A stretch of DNA of 48,198 nucleotides from Ascoidea asiatica JCM 7603. Lineage: Eukaryota; Fungi; Ascomycota. Positions within the stretch are counted from its first letter, which is position 1; every line of letters begins with the position of its first letter. Shown one piece after another: positions 1 to 10,243 of the stretch. Position numbers and translations under genes: made by a program. The stretch covers positions 2,230,769-2,278,966 of the forward strand of contig BCKQ01000001.1 in assembly GCA_001600695.1 (NCBI GenBank), read 5' to 3'. Below the pieces are notes generated by a model. That model made no database searches. It had not been told where the DNA came from and saw nothing but the letters and a program-made list of their open reading frames with translations.

Positions 1-56
1 AAATTGTCAAATTATTGAAATATATTAACTCTATCTATACTGAACTTTATTTGCTA

Positions 57-1301
57 TTAATAACCTGAATTAGAAACTTCAAATATTTCTTCTTTTAATT
101 CTGCAAGTGCTAATTCCTTATTTTTATAAAGATCTTTTAATACATTAACTTGCTCTTCAATTATACTTAAATCATTATTTATATTTTCAACTTCATTTGA
201 TTCTCTAGAATCATTACTTAAACCATTTGATTGATTTTCAAGTTGAGATAATTTTGATTCTTTGAATTTTAATAATTCTTCTAATTCATATCTTACAATT
301 GAATTTGTTGAAGATTTTTCTTTTCTTTCATTTTTATCATTTTCTGCAATTGAAAGTCTATTTTCTAATTCTTTTAATTTTTTACTCAATCTTGCTTCTT
401 CCCAATTTGAATCTCTAATATCTGAAAAATTATCTTCAATTTCATCATCATTATTAATATTTAATGATGATGATGATGATGAATTTTGATTTATACCTAA
501 TTTACTTAAATAATTATTACCAAAACTTGAATTTTTTTTAATATTATTATTTGAATTTGATTTTATTTCAGCTTGATGAGAATTTAAATTATAATCAGGT
601 ATTTCTTTTGAAAATGTTGCTCTTAAAGATGCTGGTACAGATCTTGGAACTCTTTTACCTTTTGATCTTTGATTTAAAATATGTAAAAAAACTAAACATT
701 GATCTTTATCTATAGTTTCATATTGTTTTGGATTAACTAAATTCCATGCATAACCAATATCAGTTTTTGGAACATTTTCTAAATCATTATATAAATCTTT
801 TAAAGAATTAAATTGAATTCTACCAAATTTATCAGTTGAAGAATTATAAATATTTTCATAAGATAATTTATCATTTGGAGAAATATACCAATCAAAATCA
901 CCAGAAAGATTTAAATCTTCATCATAATCATCATCTAGAACTGAATTTGAATTAATTGAATCATTTGGTAATTGTCCGGTGATTGCTTTATCAGCTTGAA
1001 TTAAATGAGATTTTGATGCTGGAATTAACCAATTTGGTAAATTTTTAGGTAAATCTGATAAATTTCCAGTAACAGATTCAAAAATTAATTTCATTGCAAT
1101 ACAAAATTCTTCAAAATCTAAAAAACCATCAGAATCTATATCAGATAAATCCCATATTTTTGATAATTTTTCTTCAGATAAATGAGAATTTTTAAATACA
1201 TTTAAACATTTATCACCAGATAATTTATTATTAACAGGATTTAAACCTCTAAATATTTCCCAGAATTTTTTAATTTCCCAATCTTCTAATTTTTGACTCA
1301 T
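57..1301 (-). CDS. END3: EH-domain endocytosis/actin patch protein End3
   Basis: N-terminus MSQKLEDWEIKKFWEIFRGLNP resembles S. cerevisiae End3 ([21 protein letters not shown]). It has an EF-hand/EH motif IWDLSDIDSDGFLDFEEF, a second EH domain and a C-terminal coiled coil. Confidence 0.95.
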   Translation of the reverse strand: MSQKLEDWEIKKFWEIFRGLNPVNNKLSGDKCLNVFKNSHLSEEKLSKIWDLSDIDSDGFLDFEEFCIAMKLIFESVTGNLSDLPKNLPNWLIPASKSHLIQADKAITGQLPNDSINSNSVLDDDYDEDLNLSGDFDWYISPNDKLSYENIYNSSTDKFGRIQFNSLKDLYNDLENVPKTDIGYAWNLVNPKQYETIDKDQCLVFLHILNQRSKGKRVPRSVPASLRATFSKEIPDYNLNSHQAEIKSNSNNNIKKNSSFGNNYLSKLGINQNSSSSSSLNINNDDEIEDNFSDIRDSNWEEARLSKKLKELENRLSIAENDKNERKEKSSTNSIVRYELEELLKFKESKLSQLENQSNGLSNDSRESNEVENINNDLSIIEEQVNVLKDLYKNKELALAELKEEIFEVSNSGY

Positions 1302-2155
1302 TTATATTATTATAATTTATAAAATATTCAAACTAATGCTGATAATAATATTGTTTAATTACTGATTATTATTTATCATTTATTAGATTGGTTATAAATC
1401 CTATTAGAGTAGTAGCGTGTCCTCCTTTAAAAATTTCTATTGAAAATTTCAAATTGAATATACTGAAATCTTCACAATAGATTATTAACTAGTATACAAT
1501 TACTTAAATAAAAATACAGTTTCGCAGGATATACTTTTGACAATTCCTCAATTACAGCAAGATTTACTGTTCTTTCAATCATTTTTATTCATTCAATTAT
1601 TCATTCATATCTACCACCACCTACAAGTAGGCTGACAGACGAGACAAACGATCAGAGAGAGAGATAGGAGGGTATGAAATAGCGACAGCACCAATACCAG
1701 CGACAGAATAAAGCGCCACATCCGGACATAATCCATAAAAATTATGGACAAAATTTACAGGGCATATTGGCCTAGAAATTCTTACATAATATATTAGTAA
1801 TTTAAACTAGGCTTGATCCGCCAGCACAAGACCTTCTCTCCCCTCTTGTGCTGGGCCTCGATGAAAATCCTCATTCATGAAACTTTTCTGGTCCATCACA
1901 AAAAGAAAGAAGTGAACAATTTTAAAAGGTCAGAACTCTTAGCGTTACTCATTGCCCTCTAGAATAGCCAAGAAACATAATCACCTAGAAATGGCTGAAG
2001 AACAGCTCAAGAATAACAATTCATATGAAATAGTTGTAGAACACCTTAAGAATATCTTGAAATGCTTTAGTTAGACCTGCTTTTGAAATCGGTGTCGACA
2101 TGCACACTTAGTCCCTGGTTTGCAGCCCCGAGGGTCGAGCTTCAAGCTAAGATAT

Positions 2156-2180
2156 CATTGACATACCTCAATTAGGAAAC
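2156..2180 (+). promoter_or_regulatory. Putative a2(HMG)-Mcm1 a-specific gene element upstream of STE2
   Basis: CATTGAC (2156-2162) is followed by ATACCTCAATTAGGAAAC, a near-consensus Mcm1 site, about 620 bp upstream of the STE2 ATG. Confidence 0.6.
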
Positions 2181-2797
2181 TTCAGGTTTCTATCATTTTC
2201 ATTATCACATTTTATCAAAAAAAAATCTTGGTGATTCTATTTCTTTAAAGGGACTTATAATAATTTGTGTTACTCTTCTTCAAAAACTTAATATTCAAAT
2301 GTGTTTCGGTTTCAAAATCTTTTTGAAAATATGTTAACTCGTAAATTATAGCTTTATTTTAAAAGATTTAAAGATCTTACATCTAATATCATTACCTAAA
2401 AAAAGAACTAAAAATTCTCTTTTGATTTTTTCTCTTTAATTATCTTTTCATTCACTGTTAGTTCTGCTTTAATTTTATTTAATTTTGTCTTCTCAAGTTA
2501 TGTACAATTTTGGTTTCAGAGTTTGAAATAAACATACATTTTTCTTTTCATATAAAACCTTTTCAACTTCTCTATTGAATTTGTTTTCCTTTCAAAATTA
2601 AATTATTCTCTTTACCTTATAATCATCAATCCATAAATAACTTTTTATTGAATCAAAATTTCATTAATTTATTAATTCATTAAATAAATTTATTCTTCTA
2701 TTCCTATATTTGTACATTTTTATTATATCAACTTCATCCAAATCAACGTTATCAACCTACAAATAATTCATTTTCATTTTCAAATTATTTACTAAAA

Positions 2798-4000
2798 ATG
2801 TCTTTAGATTCTTCAGCTTATGAAGATATCCTTCTTAATTTCACTGTTCCAGGTTATGATGAAGTAATGTCAATGCAATTCAGCGATATTGATGATTTAA
2901 TCGTTAAAAGAGTAACATCTTCAATAATCTTCGGCGTAAGATTTGGTGCTGCTTTTATTGTAATGACTTTATTAGCTTTATTAATGAGAAGTAAAAGAAG
3001 AACTCCAATGTTTATATTAAATGAACTTGCTTTATTTTTCTTATTATTACAAACTGCTTTATATTTCCGTTATTATGTTGGCCCTTCTGGTGCCGCTTCA
3101 ACCTATTTTGCTGGTCGTCCATATTCAACAAATGAAATTAATGTAACTATTGCAACTAATGCTTCAACTATATGCTTAATAACAACAATCCATATCACCC
3201 TTTTATATCAAATGCATACAATTTTAGTTAGAGGTATTCATAAAAGAACTTTATTTAAAATTTCTGGAAAGCTGTTCTTTTGTTTCTCAACAGCTTTAGC
3301 CTTAGCAGATATCGCATTTTATTTTCATGTTATTATTAGACAAGGTCTTTATAGATATGGTAAAGTATCTCGTGCTGTTGAAGGTTGGGAAGCAACTATG
3401 CCAAGTATTTTATTCACTTGTTCTATTGGACTTTTATGTTCAATTTTAATTCTAAAATTAGTTGTTCAAGTAATGGAAAGGAAAAAAAATGGACTTAGAC
3501 AATTTTCAATATTTCATATTTTATCAATAACAATTTCACAAACAATGATAGTTCCAACAATTATTGAAATCATAACTCTTTCTATTCCTGATTCAAATGA
3601 AATAGGTTTAGCAGTTTTCCCAGAAATTTCTTATCTAATTGTTACCATTTGTTTACCACTTTCAAGTATGTGGGCAACTTCAATTAATAATAAATCGGAA
3701 TTTCCAACTTCTGTTGGCTGTTTTAATATAGATGCTTCAACTTTATCTTCACAAAATTCTTATAGAGGTTACGTTAATTATAACAATGATTTAGAATCAA
3801 ATTCTTCAAGAAAAGAAAATTTGAACTTAAAGAAAACTATGTCCTTTAATAATCTAAATGCGGAAACTCCAACTACATTAGTTGAAAATAATTTTAATCT
3901 GCAACTGACTACTTCCTTATCAAATAATCAAGAAAAAGTTGATCATCAAAGTGTAGCAAGTTCTGAATTTATCTCAAAAATTGTTCATAAAGCCAATTAA
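2798..4000 (+). CDS. STE2: Alpha-factor pheromone receptor (7TM GPCR)
   Basis: Seven hydrophobic segments and Ste2 motifs IIFGVRFGAA, TPMFILNEL, GLRQFSIFHIL, QTMIVP and LPLSSMWAT, followed by a Ser/Thr-rich tail. It converges on BST1 as in S. cerevisiae. Confidence 0.96.
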   Translation: MSLDSSAYEDILLNFTVPGYDEVMSMQFSDIDDLIVKRVTSSIIFGVRFGAAFIVMTLLALLMRSKRRTPMFILNELALFFLLLQTALYFRYYVGPSGAASTYFAGRPYSTNEINVTIATNASTICLITTIHITLLYQMHTILVRGIHKRTLFKISGKLFFCFSTALALADIAFYFHVIIRQGLYRYGKVSRAVEGWEATMPSILFTCSIGLLCSILILKLVVQVMERKKNGLRQFSIFHILSITISQTMIVPTIIEIITLSIPDSNEIGLAVFPEISYLIVTICLPLSSMWATSINNKSEFPTSVGCFNIDASTLSSQNSYRGYVNYNNDLESNSSRKENLNLKKTMSFNNLNAETPTTLVENNFNLQLTTSLSNNQEKVDHQSVASSEFISKIVHKAN

Positions 4001-4304
4001 GAAAGAAATTTTGGAGAAAAAATAAAAGAAAAAAAATTAAAGAAAAATCGCATTTTGCTTCTTTAATTTAAATTCAACTCATTTCAATAATTTTTAAGAC
4101 TTCCAAAGTTTTTGATTTTTTCCTTTTAAACATTATTCAGATCAAATTTTTCCTATTCTCATTTTTTAAGTTTTCTATATTTTTTTCTTTTTCCAAATTA
4201 ATGGTAAATTCTCAATGCAATTTATTTATCTATTTATTTATTTCTTCTTACTTAATTTTTCTTCATTACATTTTAATAACAATCAAATATTAGTTTTATT
4301 TCTA

Positions 4305-7300
4305 TTATTTATTATCAATGTAGCCAACAACTAAAAACCAACAGCAAATAAAATTAAACAAATGATGTAACCACCAAGCATTTTTAACTCCATAAATAAA
4401 ACAATAAAAACTTGAAACGAGTAATATGGATTGAGTGATTCTTTTATTGATATTAATATTTGACATAGGTATCATTCTTCTATGTAAATTTCTTTCAATT
4501 ATAAGAAGAATTGGAAAAATTGCTAAAAAATTATGATGTGAAGAAAACGGGGTACGCCAATTAACAGCAAAATTATGAATAAAAATAACAATAATTGGAA
4601 TATATATAGGAAGAAGCCATAACATCAATAGTAGTAAAGAAACATTAAAATTTCTAAAATTAGCTCTAGAACTTTTCTGATTAGTTTGCTGTTTATTCAT
4701 TGAAAATGAATCTTTGAAAGAAAGTTCAGAAGGGGAAGTCATTAGCTCTTTTAAACATACTCCACATTGAATTAAAAAACAAATTAGATAAGCAAATTGA
4801 TAAGGAATATAATATGAAACTAAAGATAATAAAAAAGTTGAAATAAAAATATGGCAACGTGAAATTTTTTCTTTTCTTAACTTTTCATTATTAGCATACT
4901 TGAAGCCTATATATCTTCCACCGAGATAATAGATAAGATTTCCGATTAAAAGCAAAAGTAAGTAAGTTAGGGATACTATTCCAAGTGAAACAATATAAAA
5001 TATAGAAGGTAGAAAGAATCCATAGGACCCTTCCAAACCTAAAAGAAATATATTCAACCCAATACTATTATCACCATAATTAGTGCTTTTCCATATGTTT
5101 ATGTAACCTACTGGATCAATATGATGAAGGAAATTTTTGCAGAATTCATTTGATGATAAAAGCGAAAGAAAAGTCAAACTTCCTATTGAAAACAGAATAT
5201 TTTTAAACTCACATAACAAAATTAATGCTCGATCAAATCTTGGATAAATTCCAAGACTGTAATAAGAACAAAATTGAACAAAGAAAACAATATATATGAT
5301 TCCTAAAGGAAAACTTGCAAGAATCAATCGATATCTTAAGGCCAAAGATCTTAGTGAATCTAGAAGATCTAATTTGATTCTGATTCCCTTTAAACTTTTA
5401 TTGGTAAAAAAGTCTGTAAAAATTTCTAGGCTAAGAGTATTTCCTTTTGAATTTCCTGGCTTAAAAAAAGGCGTAAAAGGAGAAACACTATGAAAGTTGA
5501 CTATTTGCGATTTTTGCTTATTAAAATTGAGCATCCATTTAGTCTCACCATAGTTTTCAGTACTTTGTTTAACAAATGTAGAGAAGTTATAGTCGCCCTC
5601 CATAACATTATTTTGGTTCACAAATAGTTTGAAAGAGAATAAACTACACCAAAAATTAGAAAGAGTTATCAACACAGATAAAGGTTTATCATCATTGAAA
5701 TAGATTTTAAAACCTTTCAAGATATCAAAAAGAGTAGGTTTAAATGTAAGTTCATGATGATAATGCTTGACCATGTTTCCTACCAAATACTCGTTATCTT
5801 TCTCCTCAAAGAGCTTTATACCTTTATCTATTACAATAAATTGATAGTTCAGTAATATTTCCGGGCTTATCTGAAGTAGGTGGAATGGATTTTGATTACC
5901 CCCAAGAGAAGACTCAAATGATGAGAAAGTATTTTTTGAAGAATTGGGAATTTTTTCAGAGTACTTTGACGAACATATGCATATTAATTTAGATGTACTC
6001 TTAGATTCGTAAGAGTAGTCTATTGTGTCTATTATATTTCTCTCAAATGAAAATTCGTCTTCATTTTTATTACAGAGTAAAAGAATTGGTAAGCTATTAC
6101 TTCTTGATTGTTTTCCGGAATGAAATGGTATAGAGCTCAATAAACTTAAGCTGTAGTTTTGAGATTTTGGGACTTCTAAAATCAAAATTTTATTTTCTTC
6201 CTTATTACTTTTGTGTTTAGATTCCATGTTTTCAAAGTTAATTTTGGAAATTTCACCCGATAAAGAAAACTTGACCTCCCCATTATTGAGTTGTTTAATT
6301 TGCTGAGTACTCACTTTCACCAATGTATTCACTGTATCATCTTTATCACGAACATCTGTTCCTAGAAATAAATCAGTAAAGACTTTCATCCTTTTTTGTA
6401 AATTATATGTGCACTTTGGTGATTGAGAATCAATAATTTCAAATAAGGCTTTTGCAATAACTTTTCTTAATTGATCACACCATACGATTGCAAGATGATC
6501 GATTGGAGTCCAAACATCTGGAATGCCACTTGTAAACACTGTGAATCCATGATTCTCTGGAACAAGACCGATTAAAGAAGTATAATCAGCTGGCAAAGTA
6601 TTATCAGACACACCGCCTGTAATTGAGATTAAAGACAAATTATGGAAAATACTTTCTTTATTATCTTTCAGATTGGCCTCATGATAAAACCCATTTTTCC
6701 AGTAATTATCGATTGAAGAATAAATTTTCATCATATCCCCATCAAAAGTTACAGGTGAGGCTGAATGAGGAGAAGATAATGTAATAATTGTATTTATCGA
6801 CTCTGAAGTAAAATTTGGCAATGTAATCATAGTTCTCGCTACAATTCCACCCATCGAGTGACCAATAATTATTACAGAAGTGGGATTATTATTATTAGAG
6901 TAGTTTGGATTGTTGGAAGAATACAAAGAAATAATAAATCGGACTGCATCATTTAAATACTCAGCCTGATCTAGCATCGTTCTCCCATGAAATGCTGTAA
7001 AATCTTCATTAAAATCGGCAGTAAAAAAATCTAAGTTTTTTGGGAACTTATTTTGAATTTTATCACGATTTTCAAAATACATGTTTGCAGATTCAGAAGC
7101 TAATGCCCTCACTTGTTTATAACTACCTGCATTTCCAGGAATAAATAAAATCGGAATTCCATTTAAAAATTGGTCTTGAGCTTCAGAATTGTCAGGAGAT
7201 TCATCTTTGTTTACCTCACGATAAAGATACAAAGAATATTTAGAGGCAAGTCTTGTATGAGAGCTATCGAACCCATTGACCTTGGCATAAGAAGGAATCA

Positions 7301-7478
7301 TATATGACATTCGACAAGTTTGTGAATCGGCACCTGTTAAGCCTGAAAAAAATATAGAAACAATTAGACATATTAGAACTATAGTAAAGGAAATGAAGGT
7401 AAAAAGAATAATTCGTGGTCGCCCAAAGATACGTAAAACATGTCTAAAATTAAGATATGAAGGTAAATACGACGGCAT
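4305..7478 (-). CDS. BST1: GPI inositol-deacylase (PGAP1 family)
   Basis: Motifs ILFIPGNAGSYKQVR, DFNEDFTAFHGRTMLDQAEYLNDA, lipase GHSMGG and IDHLAIVWCDQ, plus a multi-TM C-terminus. Confidence 0.96.
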   Translation of the reverse strand: MPSYLPSYLNFRHVLRIFGRPRIILFTFISFTIVLICLIVSIFFSGLTGADSQTCRMSYMIPSYAKVNGFDSSHTRLASKYSLYLYREVNKDESPDNSEAQDQFLNGIPILFIPGNAGSYKQVRALASESANMYFENRDKIQNKFPKNLDFFTADFNEDFTAFHGRTMLDQAEYLNDAVRFIISLYSSNNPNYSNNNNPTSVIIIGHSMGGIVARTMITLPNFTSESINTIITLSSPHSASPVTFDGDMMKIYSSIDNYWKNGFYHEANLKDNKESIFHNLSLISITGGVSDNTLPADYTSLIGLVPENHGFTVFTSGIPDVWTPIDHLAIVWCDQLRKVIAKALFEIIDSQSPKCTYNLQKRMKVFTDLFLGTDVRDKDDTVNTLVKVSTQQIKQLNNGEVKFSLSGEISKINFENMESKHKSNKEENKILILEVPKSQNYSLSLLSSIPFHSGKQSRSNSLPILLLCNKNEDEFSFERNIIDTIDYSYESKSTSKLICICSSKYSEKIPNSSKNTFSSFESSLGGNQNPFHLLQISPEILLNYQFIVIDKGIKLFEEKDNEYLVGNMVKHYHHELTFKPTLFDILKGFKIYFNDDKPLSVLITLSNFWCSLFSFKLFVNQNNVMEGDYNFSTFVKQSTENYGETKWMLNFNKQKSQIVNFHSVSPFTPFFKPGNSKGNTLSLEIFTDFFTNKSLKGIRIKLDLLDSLRSLALRYRLILASFPLGIIYIVFFVQFCSYYSLGIYPRFDRALILLCEFKNILFSIGSLTFLSLLSSNEFCKNFLHHIDPVGYINIWKSTNYGDNSIGLNIFLLGLEGSYGFFLPSIFYIVSLGIVSLTYLLLLLIGNLIYYLGGRYIGFKYANNEKLRKEKISRCHIFISTFLLSLVSYYIPYQFAYLICFLIQCGVCLKELMTSPSELSFKDSFSMNKQQTNQKSSRANFRNFNVSLLLLMLWLLPIYIPIIVIFIHNFAVNWRTPFSSHHNFLAIFPILLIIERNLHRRMIPMSNININKRITQSILLVSSFYCFIYGVKNAWWLHHLFNFICCWFLVVGYIDNK

Positions 7479-7893
7479 TGATTTATTTGAAGTGCAGCCT
7501 AGTGAAAAAAGAATGAATTTAGCAATACATAATATATCTAGATACTTTTAGCTTAAAAACCTCTTCAAAACCCAAAATATTTTTTTGTTTAAAAGATTTT
7601 AGTGTAAGAAATTGAGTATCATAAATTTAAAATCAGTAAAGTTAAAATGGATTATTTAGAGGTAATTGTAATATCAGCAGGCCTTGGCTAAGGATGTCCA
7701 CAGTAAGTAAGTTAGTAACCCTGCTAGAAATTTCTCAAGAGGTTCCGGATGCTTGATATTAAAATTTTAGTACTACTCATTTATTTTTGAAATCAAGCAA
7801 AATGTATTTAAGTGAATGATAAAATTTCCATTAAGGTCAAAATATTTATATACTCAAAGGTTGTCTAAAAAATATTTTAAAAACAAATATATT

Positions 7894-8116
7894 ATGAAGT
7901 TTCCAAATATAAGAAGGATATTCGTTTCTTTCAGAACCGAAGATGACGAAAGAGCATACTCTCGCAAAGCAGTAAGTGATTAATAACTTATTCAATCAAA
8001 AAATCAAATTTCAACTAACCAACTGGTATTAGTTTTTTAATTTATTGGGATTTTTGGGAACATGCATCGCCTTTTCTCTTTTTGCTCAAAGTTCAAGTAT
8101 CAAGAGAGTTAAATAA
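7894..8116 (+). CDS. MCO6: 53-aa Mco6/YJL127C-B-like mitochondrial microprotein; join(7894..7971,8033..8116)
   Basis: Spliced product MKFPNIRRIFVSFRTEDDERAYSRKA|FFNLLGFLGTCIAFSLFAQSSSIKRVK* resembles S. cerevisiae Mco6 as I recall it (...SRRAFFQFLGYLGSCVVISLAAQS). The intron is phase 0 and has splice signals. Absent from the ORF track. Confidence 0.85.
7972..8032 (+). other. Spliceosomal intron (61 nt) in the MCO6-like gene
   Basis: 5' GTAAGT at 7972, branch-like AACTAAC at 8013-8019, 3' TAG ending at 8032. Removal preserves the frame. Confidence 0.85.
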
Positions 8117-8280
8117 TAACTAATCTATTGAATGAAAAATTACTTTTGATGAAAAGATACTCTTTTCTTTAAAAATCACTTTACTATAGGAAGTCAAATC
8201 TAAATAATGTTACTCAAAAACATAAATGCTATATCAATTAATAAAAACCAATTTTGTCTTATATAAAGATTAACTTTTTA

Positions 8281-9831
8281 CTAAAAGCTTGAAATTGATT
8301 GCTTGCCAATACTTTTTAACATATTTTCAACAGATTCAAATTTAAGTCTTTCAATTCCAATACGTGAACCTAATTCCTTTTCTTTTCGGTCAATCTCTTT
8401 CCAATCTTTCCAGCTGATATAGTTAATAGAATCCAAAAAAGAATTTTTAATTCCTAAAGATCCTGGTTTTGAAACAAACTCCCTATCTTTATTAGTTTTC
8501 ACAAAATCTTGCAAGATATTTTCTGCAACTAAAAAGGAATCAAGCATGGTAGTAGCAATTGTTCCAACCGCCCCTCGTTTTATCCAGCCAGATGTATAAA
8601 TTCCTGGTAAAATATCTTTACTATTCCCTCTAGTAACTCTCCCGTCAGTATTTGGTATTGTTCCTTTGGATTCGTTGAAATTTATTCCAATATCATTCAT
8701 TCCCAATAATGGCAATCCTTTATAACCTGTACTTGTAATCAACAACTCATTTTTCAAAGTCACAATGTCATTTGTCTTGACGAATTTAGTTTGATCCGAG
8801 TTTAAAGGTGATTCTTCATAAATTTTATTTAAAGAAAACTCTGTAGAGTGCAAAATGTTTGGATTTCTTGGATCAAGAATTATATTCATAGGACTTTTTA
8901 GGTAATCTAATCTTAAATTTTTTTCTACTTTTCTTTCAGTATTAGTGTTATATTTATCCAACAAAGATAAACGTCTTTTCACTATTCTGCCCATTTTCGA
9001 GGCGAATGGTCTAATAGGCTCGAGTAATTCCTCATTTATTGGATTAAAACGAAAATTAAAACTATTTTGAAGTTCCAAAAGTTCTCTCAATTCTTTATTG
9101 GAGAACTTGCTTTCAAGAAATCCTCTTCTTGCGATTAATGACACATTTTTGACAGTACTATGAGATAGAATTTCAAGAGCTTTTCGGGACATGTCTGTTT
9201 TTTTCCAATATGAAACCGGAAGCAAAAGAACTCTTGCAATATCTAGAGCAACATTACCATTTCCAATAATATTAACATTTTCAACATTGGAAAGTTGAGG
9301 ATTGATGGTTTCTGATGATGGAAATCCATTATACCAAGATACAAATTTTCTAGAGGAGATCACAGCAGGAGAATCTTCATTAGGGATCCCTAAAAGATTA
9401 TCTGATTCTGCTCCATAAGAAAAAACAATAGCATTATAGTTTTCTTTTAATTTCGCTAAAGGGATGTCTTTTCCAACTTTAATGTTCCCATAAAATTCTG
9501 GCTCTGGCTTATATTGATCCATTATTTCTTCAAATTTTTCTTGACAGTTTTTAACTTCGGGATGATCAGGGGCTACCCCATATCGAGATAAGCCAAAGGG
9601 AGTTGGCAATTTCTCAAAAAACGTTAACCTAATAGATAAATTCAAAGATTCTTGCTTATTGAGAAGTTCCAAAGCAGTATAAAATGCAGCTGGCCCAGAA
9701 CCAATAATTGCAACTTTGAAATGATTTTTTTTATCAGAAGTTACCGAGTAAAACCTTTTTACAAAGGGCCCATATTTAGGTTTTTGTGAAAAGAAAACAC
9801 ATCCTTTTTTTAACCCAAAATATTTGATCAT
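8281..9831 (-). CDS. ARH1: Mitochondrial NADPH:adrenodoxin (ferredoxin) oxidoreductase
   Basis: Presequence-like N-terminus, FAD-binding IIGSGPAAFY, PFGLSRYGVAPDHPEVKN, IIGNGNVALDIAR and GWIKRGAVG. Confidence 0.96.
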   Translation of the reverse strand: MIKYFGLKKGCVFFSQKPKYGPFVKRFYSVTSDKKNHFKVAIIGSGPAAFYTALELLNKQESLNLSIRLTFFEKLPTPFGLSRYGVAPDHPEVKNCQEKFEEIMDQYKPEPEFYGNIKVGKDIPLAKLKENYNAIVFSYGAESDNLLGIPNEDSPAVISSRKFVSWYNGFPSSETINPQLSNVENVNIIGNGNVALDIARVLLLPVSYWKKTDMSRKALEILSHSTVKNVSLIARRGFLESKFSNKELRELLELQNSFNFRFNPINEELLEPIRPFASKMGRIVKRRLSLLDKYNTNTERKVEKNLRLDYLKSPMNIILDPRNPNILHSTEFSLNKIYEESPLNSDQTKFVKTNDIVTLKNELLITSTGYKGLPLLGMNDIGINFNESKGTIPNTDGRVTRGNSKDILPGIYTSGWIKRGAVGTIATTMLDSFLVAENILQDFVKTNKDREFVSKPGSLGIKNSFLDSINYISWKDWKEIDRKEKELGSRIGIERLKFESVENMLKSIGKQSISSF

Positions 9832-10243
9832 AATTTATCAAGGACAAAAGATTGTAAATTTGTATCTATATTTCAAATATGTAAATTGTAATTACTTCAA
9901 CTATCGACAAAGTAACTTTTCAAGATTCTAAAGTTAACTTTGGAAATTGCCAATCATCCATACTGAGTATCACTGCATCCGGAATAAACATAAACGGTAA
10001 TATTTTTAGATATATCATGTGCAACCTTTTGTTACCGGTTCTTTTATTTGTAAAAGAATATCTTTATTTTTCAATTCTTTCTTGAGTGGAACCTTTAAAA
10101 CTATATTTTAAAGTCATTGTTATTATTATCAGATGTCAAATAATTCATAAACGCCATGGAAAGATAAAGAGATTCACCATTTAAATAAATACAGATTGTA
10201 CTATGATATCTCAAATAAGTACTTTTTCTATTTTGGTTATATA

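Noticed and set aside
3678-3700. SINNKS in the Ste2 tail resembling the SINNDAKSS endocytosis signal
   Set aside because: It lies directly after TM7, not at the position of the yeast signal. Probably coincidental.
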